A stretch of DNA of 64,000 bases from a virus: IMG/VR virus record IMGVR_UViG_3300025450_000016; one strand, given 5' to 3'. A model generated the notes under the pieces. The model ran no database searches. It saw only the letters and a program-made list of their open reading frames with translations, and was not told the origin of the DNA. Both the position numbers and the translations under genes were made by a program. Numbering within the stretch: the first letter of the stretch is position 1; every line of letters begins with the position of its first letter. Below, piece by piece: positions 56,081 through 64,000 of this stretch.

Positions 56081-58768
56081 ATGAATGATAATATTGATTA
56101 CGACCGGCTAGCAGCAGCTATTAGCAAAGCCTTGTCTGGCGGTGGCAGTGGTACCGGTGGTGCAACTGCTTCAACCGCTGCAATGAACCCAGCTGACTTA
56201 CAAAAGTTTTTTAAACAACTCAAAGACAATACCAATACCTGGGGCAGCGTAACCAAGTCTCTGGTTACCGGTCAAAAGAAATTTCAAGATTTAAGCTACC
56301 AAATTGAGTCGCTTGATAAAAAGATTGAAGAAATTGAGGATTCTTTTGACGATCTAGATGATGCAGCCAAAGATCAGGCACACGCATTAAAAGAACAACT
56401 AACACAACAACGTGAAGCCACAGCCACAGTACAGCGCGAAAATGTCGCACGTACAGCCACCGTTGAAGGTTTGACCAATTTTACCAAGTCTGTAGTAAGT
56501 GCGGCTGCCAGAACAGCTGGCAATTTTGCCAAAGGTTTACAAGACGGATCTAGTGCATTTAGTCTAGCTGGTGGTTTGATGGAAGGCGCCATTGATGGTG
56601 CCAAAGGCGGAATTGATGCTCTAGGCAACACAGTGGGTGCTGTTGGCACAGCATTTTCTGCAGTTCCTGGCCCAGTTGGTATGGTTGCCAAAGTGGCTGC
56701 CGTTGCAGGTCCTGCTATTGCCGGGTTGGGCGATGCGGCTGCTGCAGTATCCAAATTCTATGTAAACTACATGGTCAAAGAAGCCGAACAAACAGTTGCG
56801 GCTTTCAACAAAATATCTGCGTCTGGTGGTTTGTTTGCTGATGGTATGACCGGTATGCGACAGTCGGCTGGACAAGCTGGACTAACAGTCAAACAGTTTA
56901 GCGAGGTCATGTCGCAAAATGCTGAAAAGTTGGCAGCCAGTGGACTGGGTGTAACCGAAGGCGCTAAACAAATGGGTCGTGTTGGCAAGGTCATGAAAGA
57001 CACTGGCATCACAGATCAACTGTTAAAACTGGGTTACGGGTTTGAAGAACAGGCCAGCCTGACAGCAGATGTAATTGCACAGATGCGCCAGAGTGCTGGT
57101 GGCAAAGTCGGTGACAAGGCAGTCGCAGAAGAAACTCAAAAATACGCAGAAAATTTAAGAATAATTGCTGCCATTACTGGCGAAGACGCCAAAAAGAAAG
57201 TGGCTCAAGTACAACAGGAAAATGCAGTACTGGCTTTCCAAATTGAAATGGCCAAGAAAACTCCTGAGCAACGTGCTGCTATCAATGCCGCAATGGCAAC
57301 AGCCACAGAGCAAGAACGCAAGAATCTTAGAGATCGTGTGGCGTTTGGCGAAGTTATCAACAAAGAAGGTGCCATATACGAAGCCACAGTAGCCGGCGCA
57401 AAAGAAAAAGGCGAAGAACAAAAACGATTGTTGGACAACAACAATCTAACAACAAAAACCAATGCTGACTTGAATGCAAAATACGGCGATCAAATCAAGA
57501 AAAGTGTGTTGGCACAGAAAGATTTTGCTGTGGCTGGTATGGCCGCAGGCGGCACAATCGCCAATGTAAACAAAGCTCAACTTGACGTATTAAATCAATC
57601 AAATACCTATACCAAAGACGCTGTTGAAACTGGCAAAGACCTAGTAAATCAACAGCAGGCGTCCACTGACGACTTGACTACAAGCACCATTGATGCCTCC
57701 AAAGCAGCTCAGCAATTGGCGTTGGATATACAAGAAATGGTGCTGCCTCAATTGAGCAAGTTCAGCGAAGTTACTGCTCAGATTTTAAAAACCATGAGCA
57801 AGTATGTTAAAGAATTCAATGACGTGACCAACAAGCAAGATGAAGCCAACTGGAAAGTAATGGACTTTTGGGAAAAAATGGAATCGGGACTTGCACGAGT
57901 AGTTGAATGGGTGGGCACTATACTTGACAAATTGACCATGGGTGCATTTGGCAGTATCTTGAAGGGAATTTTTGGACAAGATATTGAAGACATCAAAGAA
58001 GAGCGTGTCAAAAAAGAAACAGAATATCTCAAAGAGCACGGCAGAGAAACAGGTCCAGCCGCTGAAGAAAAAACAAAAGCTGCTCAAACACCTTTCGTTG
58101 GCAAGAGCAACGAGTACTATGCCAAGATGCAAGCTTCTATCACCGAAGCCGCCAAAAAGGCCGGTGTAGCCAACCCCGAAGTGATAGGCAAACTGGGAGC
58201 GTCTCAAACCAGCTTGGAAACTGGCTACGGCAAACACATGGCCGGCAACAATGCGTTTGGTATCAAAGCCGATGCCAGCTGGACTGGTCCTGTAGCTGAA
58301 GTAATGACCAAGGAGTTTGTCAAAGGTGTAGGCATGGTCAATGTTATGCAAAAATTCCGTGCATACGACAAAGTAGAAGATTCAGCCAAAGACTATGTGG
58401 AGTTCCTGCAAAAAAATGGTCGTTACAAAGGAGTGTTGGCAGCCACAAACATCGACGATGCTATCAAAGCACAAGCCGCCACTGGTTATGCTACAGATCC
58501 CGACTACGGTTCAAAATTGTCTAGCATTACTAATACCTATGCTAACCAAGGTAATCACGGTGGTGCTGCTACCGGTGCATTTGTCAAAGCCACCCCGGGT
58601 GGAACCAGTATGAAATTGGCCGAAGGCGGACGTGATGAATTGGTTACTCCGTTGATCAATGGTCGTTTGCCGGGAATGGATGAATTGATTGACGCTGTAA
58701 ATCGTTTGGTACGAGTTTCGGAAGCACAGCACTCAACTTCGGAAAAGATCTTGTACGCAACAGCATAA
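56081..58768 (+). CDS. tape measure-like protein with C-terminal GH73 (FlgJ-type) peptidoglycan hydrolase
   Basis: Long Ala/Gln/Lys-rich helical region; SQTSLETGYG..NNAFGIKA..FRAYD..GRY..GYATDPDY. Confidence 0.8.
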   Translation: MNDNIDYDRLAAAISKALSGGGSGTGGATASTAAMNPADLQKFFKQLKDNTNTWGSVTKSLVTGQKKFQDLSYQIESLDKKIEEIEDSFDDLDDAAKDQAHALKEQLTQQREATATVQRENVARTATVEGLTNFTKSVVSAAARTAGNFAKGLQDGSSAFSLAGGLMEGAIDGAKGGIDALGNTVGAVGTAFSAVPGPVGMVAKVAAVAGPAIAGLGDAAAAVSKFYVNYMVKEAEQTVAAFNKISASGGLFADGMTGMRQSAGQAGLTVKQFSEVMSQNAEKLAASGLGVTEGAKQMGRVGKVMKDTGITDQLLKLGYGFEEQASLTADVIAQMRQSAGGKVGDKAVAEETQKYAENLRIIAAITGEDAKKKVAQVQQENAVLAFQIEMAKKTPEQRAAINAAMATATEQERKNLRDRVAFGEVINKEGAIYEATVAGAKEKGEEQKRLLDNNNLTTKTNADLNAKYGDQIKKSVLAQKDFAVAGMAAGGTIANVNKAQLDVLNQSNTYTKDAVETGKDLVNQQQASTDDLTTSTIDASKAAQQLALDIQEMVLPQLSKFSEVTAQILKTMSKYVKEFNDVTNKQDEANWKVMDFWEKMESGLARVVEWVGTILDKLTMGAFGSILKGIFGQDIEDIKEERVKKETEYLKEHGRETGPAAEEKTKAAQTPFVGKSNEYYAKMQASITEAAKKAGVANPEVIGKLGASQTSLETGYGKHMAGNNAFGIKADASWTGPVAEVMTKEFVKGVGMVNVMQKFRAYDKVEDSAKDYVEFLQKNGRYKGVLAATNIDDAIKAQAATGYATDPDYGSKLSSITNTYANQGNHGGAATGAFVKATPGGTSMKLAEGGRDELVTPLINGRLPGMDELIDAVNRLVRVSEAQHSTSEKILYATA

Positions 58769-58804
58769 CGTACGGTAAATATAGCATAAACAGAGAATAC
58801 ACAT

Positions 58805-60517
58805 ATGGCCGGTTGGAAAAAATACTTTAAAACCAGTAACTTACCCAGTAATATCAGTCCTTTAGGTGGTGGTCGTCTGCCAGATGCTGGCTATCGCAAC
58901 TATCAAAGTCAATTGCCGGAAGTTTACACCGGGCAACCAAATCGTGTTGAACGTTACAATCAGTACGAACAAATGGATATGGATTCCGAAGTCAATGCAG
59001 CTTTGGACATTCTAGCTGAATTCTGTACTCAAAAGAATTTAGAAAATAACACAGCATTTACAATCAAATACAAAGAACAACCCAGCGACAACGAAGTCAA
59101 CATCATCAAAGAGCAACTGCAACAATGGGTAGCACTTAACGAGTTCAACAGACGCATATTCAAAATTGTTCGCAACGTGTTCAAGTACGGCGATCAAGTG
59201 TTTATTCGAGACCCAGAAAACTTTAAACTGTACTGGACCGAAATGTCCAAAGTTACTAAAGTTATTGTCAACGAAGGCGAAGGCAAAAAGCCCGAGCAGT
59301 ACTTGATCAAAGATATCAACCCTAACTTTCAAAACCTAACAGTTACCGCAGTGGCCACAACAGATACCTATACGAATCACCCACAGGTGGGTGGCCCATC
59401 AGGCGCTTATGTACAACCACAAAGCCCATTTGGTGGTGGCTCACGTTTTAGTCACGCTAAAAACGAAGCTGCTATCAATGCTGAACACGTGATGCACATC
59501 AGCTTGACTGAAGGCCTGGATGTGTATTGGCCATTTGGTAACTCGGTGTTGGAAAACATTTTTAAAGTGTTTAAGCAGAAAGAACTCTTAGAAGACAGTA
59601 TCATTATCTATCGTGTGCAACGTGCTCCAGAGCGTCGTGTGTTCAAAATTGACGTGGGTAATATGCCAAGTCATATGGCCATGGCATTTGTTGAACGTAT
59701 CAAAAACGAAATTCACCAACGCCGTATTCCCACACAAACTGGTAACGGTGGAGCCACAATGATGGATGCCACTTACAATCCCTTGAGTACAAACGAAGAT
59801 TATTTTTTCCCACAAACAGCCGATAGCCGTGGATCCAGCGTGGACGTATTGCCGGGCGGTAGCAACCTGGGCGAAATCACCGACTTGCGATTCTTTACTA
59901 ATAAATTATTCCGCGGTTTGCGTATTCCAAGCAGCTACTTACCAACCACTGCCGAGGATGGTAGTCAAGCATACACAGATGGTCGCGTGGGTACAGCACT
60001 CATTCAGGAATGGCGATTTAACCAATATTGCCAACGCTTGCAAGCCATGGTTGCCGACAAGTTGGATTCGGAATTCAAACTGTTTATGCGTTGGAGAGGT
60101 TTCAACATTGATGGATCGTTGTTTGATTTGTCGTTCAACGAACCACAAAACTTTGCACAGTATCGTCAAGCCGACATTGACTCAGCTCGTATTGCTACAT
60201 TTACACAGCTGGAACCATTGCCTTATTTTAGCAAACGTTGGTTAATGAAACGTTATCTAGGTATGACCGAACAAGAAATCAGTGAAAATGAACAGGCCTG
60301 GGCCGAAGAACGTGGCGACACAGATTTGGCACAGCCAGATGCACCTGGATTGCGTAGTGTAGGCATTAGCCCCGGTGGTGTAAGTGCTGATTTAGAAGGT
60401 CTAGGTCCTGACACAGCAGGTGGCCCAACACCAGCTGGAGCCGGTCCTACAGGCGGAGCAATACCAGCTGCCGGCGGCGCACCTGGTGGTCCAGCCGGTT
60501 CAGCTAGCCCAATTTAA
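58805..60517 (+). CDS. gp20: portal protein
   Basis: LLEDSIIIYRVQRAPERRVFKIDVGNMP, EDYFFP, LPGG.NLGEI.D, LRIPSSYL; TAAATA at 58776-58781 upstream. Confidence 0.95.
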   Translation: MAGWKKYFKTSNLPSNISPLGGGRLPDAGYRNYQSQLPEVYTGQPNRVERYNQYEQMDMDSEVNAALDILAEFCTQKNLENNTAFTIKYKEQPSDNEVNIIKEQLQQWVALNEFNRRIFKIVRNVFKYGDQVFIRDPENFKLYWTEMSKVTKVIVNEGEGKKPEQYLIKDINPNFQNLTVTAVATTDTYTNHPQVGGPSGAYVQPQSPFGGGSRFSHAKNEAAINAEHVMHISLTEGLDVYWPFGNSVLENIFKVFKQKELLEDSIIIYRVQRAPERRVFKIDVGNMPSHMAMAFVERIKNEIHQRRIPTQTGNGGATMMDATYNPLSTNEDYFFPQTADSRGSSVDVLPGGSNLGEITDLRFFTNKLFRGLRIPSSYLPTTAEDGSQAYTDGRVGTALIQEWRFNQYCQRLQAMVADKLDSEFKLFMRWRGFNIDGSLFDLSFNEPQNFAQYRQADIDSARIATFTQLEPLPYFSKRWLMKRYLGMTEQEISENEQAWAEERGDTDLAQPDAPGLRSVGISPGGVSADLEGLGPDTAGGPTPAGAGPTGGAIPAAGGAPGGPAGSASPI

Positions 60518-60539
60518 TCAAAAAGGGTTAAATACTCAT

Positions 60540-60770
60540 ATGAATATTATGGAATTGTTTGACCCAGCACCAGAGGGCTATTACGACGAAAAGAGCGATC
60601 AAAGTACTCTTAAAATGTCAGATAGCCGTAAAACCCGACTGACATTGGCACACCTAAATCGGCTGAGAAAAAGTCACGACGTTCGTAAATTGGAACACGA
60701 AAAGAAGTTGGAAGCAGTAGCCAAACAATATCAACCTGCACCCGAAGCCGGTGCTCTTGCTGGATTATAA
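60540..60770 (+). CDS. small head-cluster protein (probable start ATG 60540)
   Basis: DSRKTRLTL.HLN.LR motif; TAAATA at 60529-60534, 5 nt before the ATG. The ORF-track extension overlaps the portal gene. Confidence 0.7.
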   Translation: MNIMELFDPAPEGYYDEKSDQSTLKMSDSRKTRLTLAHLNRLRKSHDVRKLEHEKKLEAVAKQYQPAPEAGALAGL

Positions 60771-60881
60771 GCAGTTTTCTGTAATAAATCTGTAAAACAC
60801 CTCAAAATATACCCATTTAACCCCAGAAATATACGTACTTTAGTAAATAACTAACAAAGCTATATTTTTAAGGGGTTTCTT

Positions 60882-61859
60882 ATGAACAAGTTTGAAAAGT
60901 TAATTGAATACATCATTAATGATGAAGATCAAAAAGCACGTGAATTATTTCACGACATCGTAGTAGAAAAATCACGCGACATATATGAATCTATCATGGA
61001 CGAAGAGTCTATGGAAGAAAACTTTGACCACCCAGCAGTTGCAGGTGATCAGGTTGAAGATATGGTCAAAGAAGTTGGAACCGAAGAAGCAATGGGTGAA
61101 GACGACGAAGAAGGCGCTGAGTTAGAGTTAGGCGGCGACGAAGAAGAATTCGGCGACGAAGAAGATCACGACGAAATCGAAGGCAATCCAGCTGAAGAAG
61201 AAATCGAAGACAAAGTAATGAACATTGATGCCAAGTTAGACGAGCTATTAGCCAAGTTTGACGAAATCATGGGCGACGAAGGTCACGGCGAAGAGCCAGC
61301 TATGCACAACGAACCAGAAATGGGCGCTGAGCACGGTGAAGAACCAGAAATGGCTGAAGAAATGTACGAAGAAGAAGTTGAAGAAGAGGAAGAAAAAGAA
61401 GAAGAGTCTAAAGAAGCAAAAAAGACTGAAGAATCTAAATCTAACCGTATCAAATCAACTTCTGAACTAATGCGTGAATATGTTGACCAAATTGGCGATA
61501 TCTACGGCGGTCAAGGCGACGCAGCCGAAGGTACAGCAGTTGGCGCAGCTGGCAAAAAAACTTCAATCAATACCAAAGATCCAGTAGGTCCAGGTGCTGA
61601 TTTTGGTGGTACACCAGTTAGAACAAAAGGCGCAGACAGCAATCAAGACGGTACTAGCCCAACAAAGGCAAGTAACGAATATACCAAAGGCGAAGGTACT
61701 ATCAAGTCTGGTAACGTAAACGTTCCAGGTGGCAAAGCAGCTCAGAAACCAACAGGTAAAGAGTACAGCAAGTCACACGACGCTGAAGGTAAAACAGTAG
61801 GTAACAACGGTTCCGTTCCAATTAACAAGAAGAGCGAAATCGGTGGAAAAGTACGTTAA
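60882..61859 (+). CDS. acidic prohead core / scaffold-associated protein
   Basis: Extremely Glu/Asp-rich; between portal and protease; TAAATA at 60844-60849. Confidence 0.65.
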   Translation: MNKFEKLIEYIINDEDQKARELFHDIVVEKSRDIYESIMDEESMEENFDHPAVAGDQVEDMVKEVGTEEAMGEDDEEGAELELGGDEEEFGDEEDHDEIEGNPAEEEIEDKVMNIDAKLDELLAKFDEIMGDEGHGEEPAMHNEPEMGAEHGEEPEMAEEMYEEEVEEEEEKEEESKEAKKTEESKSNRIKSTSELMREYVDQIGDIYGGQGDAAEGTAVGAAGKKTSINTKDPVGPGADFGGTPVRTKGADSNQDGTSPTKASNEYTKGEGTIKSGNVNVPGGKAAQKPTGKEYSKSHDAEGKTVGNNGSVPINKKSEIGGKVR

Positions 61860-61880
61860 TCGTATTAGATAGGAAACAAA

Positions 61881-62519
61881 ATGGCTTTGTATCTTAAAGA
61901 GAATTTGACTTTTGACCGTGCAGGGATCGTTGTTGAACACAGCGAATCCGCTGACGGCAAGAGTAAGGATCTCTATATGAAAGGGATATTCATCGAAGGT
62001 GGCGTTAAGAATGCCAACGAACGTGTATATCCTGTTCACGAAATTCAAAAAGCCGTGTCAACTATTAATGAACAAATCAAAGGTGGTTATAGTGTACTCG
62101 GCGAAGTAGACCACCCAGATGATCTAAAGATTAACTTGGACCGTGTTAGCCATATGATCACAGAAATGTGGATGGATGGCCCTGCAGGTTACGGAAAATT
62201 AAAAGTGTTGCCAACTCCGATGGGTAAACTGGTAGAAGCCATGATCACATCAGGCGTAAAACTAGGTGTATCATCACGTGGATCTGGTAATGTTAACGAA
62301 GGAAGTGGACACGTTAGTGATTTTGAAATCATTACCGTTGACATCGTAGCACAGCCTAGCGCACCTCACGCTTATCCAAAAGTCATTTATGAAGGCTTGA
62401 TGAATATGCGAGGTGGTATGCAGGTATTTGAAACGGCACGTGAAGCCGCTCAAGATCAAAAAGTACAGAAGTACCTGAAGCAAGGCATTGAAGCCTTAAT
62501 CAAAGATTTAAAACTATAG
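61881..62519 (+). CDS. gp21: prohead protease
   Basis: GIFI..KNAN.RVY, LGEVDHP, VSH, LGVSSRGSG, D.VAQPSAP.AYP. Confidence 0.95.
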   Translation: MALYLKENLTFDRAGIVVEHSESADGKSKDLYMKGIFIEGGVKNANERVYPVHEIQKAVSTINEQIKGGYSVLGEVDHPDDLKINLDRVSHMITEMWMDGPAGYGKLKVLPTPMGKLVEAMITSGVKLGVSSRGSGNVNEGSGHVSDFEIITVDIVAQPSAPHAYPKVIYEGLMNMRGGMQVFETAREAAQDQKVQKYLKQGIEALIKDLKL

Positions 62520-62531
62520 GAGAAATATCCA

Positions 62532-63647
62532 ATGTTAGATGCTATCAAACCATTGTTGGATAACGGAATTATTAACGAGGAAACTCGTACTGCAATTTCC
62601 GAAGCTTGGGAAGCTCGTATTACCGAAGCCAAAGAACAAGTACGTGCTGAACTACGTGAAGAATTCGCACAACGTTATTCACATGATAAAGCTGTAATGG
62701 TTGAAGCTCTAGACAAAATGGTTACAGAGTCTCTCACTGCAGAACTACAAGAATTTGCAGACGAAAAAAAACAATTAGCAGAAGACCGTGTTGCATTTAA
62801 ACGCACAATGGTTGAAAGCGCCAGCAAGTTTGATAATTTCATGGTAGCAAAACTATCAGAAGAAATTAAAGAACTACGTGCAGATCGTAAGACATACGAA
62901 GCAGCTATTGCCAAGTTAGAAAACTTTACAATCCGTGCGCTAGCAGAAGAAATCAAAGAGTTTGAAGCAGACAAGCGTGCCGTGGTGGAAACCAAGGTTC
63001 GTTTAGTTGCTGAAGGTAAAGCTAAACTAGCTGAACTACAAGCTAAATTTGTAAAACAATCTGCCGAGGCTGTTAAAGAGGCTGTTACCAGTTCGTTAGA
63101 GTCAGAATTGACTCAACTAAAAGAAGATATCCAAATTGCTCGTGAGAATATGTTTGGTCGTCGTCTATTTGAAGCATTCGCCAGCGAGTTTGCCGGTACT
63201 CATTTAAATGAGAACAAGCAGATCCGTGAGTTACAAGGTACTGTAAGTACTTTGGCTCAGAAATTGTCTGAAGCAGTATCAGCAATTGAAGACAAGAAAG
63301 CTCTAGTTGAATCAAAAGAAACAGAAATCAAGATTATCAAAGAGTCAGCAGAACGCAAAGAAAAACTTGCAGAAATGTTGAAGCCTTTGAACAAAGAGAA
63401 GTCAGCAATCATGCGTGACTTGCTCGAGAGTGTACAGACTGATCGTCTTCAGACTGCATACGAAAAGTATCTACCAGCTGTATTGAACAATTCCGCTGTT
63501 AAAGTTGTTGCTGAAAAGCAATCAGTTTTGACAGAGAGTCGTGCAGTAGTAACTGGTGATAAAACTGCTAAAACTGCCGTTGAAGGCCGAACAACAGAAG
63601 TGCAAACCAATGTTGTTGAACTAAAACGTTTAGCAGGGCTTAATTAA
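62532..63647 (+). CDS. gp22: prohead scaffolding protein
   Basis: Coiled-coil, Glu/Ala/Lys-rich; FGRRLFEAF; between protease and capsid. Confidence 0.85.
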   Translation: MLDAIKPLLDNGIINEETRTAISEAWEARITEAKEQVRAELREEFAQRYSHDKAVMVEALDKMVTESLTAELQEFADEKKQLAEDRVAFKRTMVESASKFDNFMVAKLSEEIKELRADRKTYEAAIAKLENFTIRALAEEIKEFEADKRAVVETKVRLVAEGKAKLAELQAKFVKQSAEAVKEAVTSSLESELTQLKEDIQIARENMFGRRLFEAFASEFAGTHLNENKQIRELQGTVSTLAQKLSEAVSAIEDKKALVESKETEIKIIKESAERKEKLAEMLKPLNKEKSAIMRDLLESVQTDRLQTAYEKYLPAVLNNSAVKVVAEKQSVLTESRAVVTGDKTAKTAVEGRTTEVQTNVVELKRLAGLN

Positions 63648-63672
63648 ACCCTAAAAGGAAAGAGGAATTAAA

Positions 63673-64000
63673 ATGACACAACAATTATTAGAAAGCCGTT
63701 GGGGCGAAACCAAAGAAGCCCTGTTAGAAGGCCTACAAGGTTCACGTCGTACAACAATGGGTGTGATCTTAGAAAACACTCGTAAAATGTTAGCTGAGAA
63801 CGCAACAGCTGGCTCAACACAAGCAGGTAACGTAGCTACACTAAACCGTGTAATTCTACCAGTTATCCGTCGTGTAATGCCAACAGTTATCGCTAACGAA
63901 ATCGTTGGTGTACAACCAATGACAGGTCCAGTTGCTCAAATCCACACATTGCGTGTTCGTTATGCTGATAGCGTTAGTGCTACAACATCAACAGACGGCG
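63673..64000 (+). CDS. gp23: major capsid protein, partial (not in the ORF track)
   Basis: ATG after GAGG; MTQQLLESRW..ILEN..LPVIRRVMPTVIANEIVGVQPMTGPVAQIHTLRVRY. Confidence 0.93.
   Translation, partial: MTQQLLESRWGETKEALLEGLQGSRRTTMGVILENTRKMLAENATAGSTQAGNVATLNRVILPVIRRVMPTVIANEIVGVQPMTGPVAQIHTLRVRYADSVSATTSTDG

Noticed and set aside
61280-61360. Short repeats (HGEEP, EPEM) in the acidic prohead protein
   Set aside because: Ordinary low-complexity coding sequence.
1-64000. CRISPR array, tRNAs, diversity-generating retroelement, or stop-codon recoding as seen in some jumbo phages
   Set aside because: No spaced repeats, cloverleafs or reverse transcriptase were seen. Genes are intact in the standard code, and TAA, TGA and TAG (gp21) all act as stops.

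Overview
This window is a fragment of a large T4-superfamily (jumbo-type) myovirus genome using the standard genetic code. No tRNA, rRNA, CRISPR array, integrase or transposase was seen. (i) 1-15.4 kb, minus strand: a gap-free operon of at least 17 genes, with 7 radical SAM enzymes (one partial), 6 glycosyltransferase-like proteins and 2 SGNH-like proteins. It has its own sigma70-type promoter, overlapped by the terminator of the tail genes. (ii) 15.4-43.9 kb, minus strand: tail fibre and baseplate genes (three paralogous fibres, a 3530-aa wedge protein, gp6, gp25, gp5, gp53-like), with repeated TAAATA late-promoter motifs. (iii) 44-54.5 kb, plus strand: gp55 late sigma factor, gp47 and gp46, each of the last two followed by a parallel cassette of two radical SAM genes plus an accessory gene, then a small GIY-YIG nuclease and about 470 bp of highly structured non-coding sequence. 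(iv) 55-64 kb: a tail-chaperone-like gene pair joined by a T TTT TTC -1 slippery site, a tape measure protein with a GH73 domain, then portal, prohead core, protease, scaffold and the start of the major capsid gene. The best candidates for undescribed biology are the 11-member radical SAM/glycosyltransferase modification system and the ornate RNA downstream of the GIY-YIG gene. All calls come from motif reading by eye; no database searches or folding programs were run.
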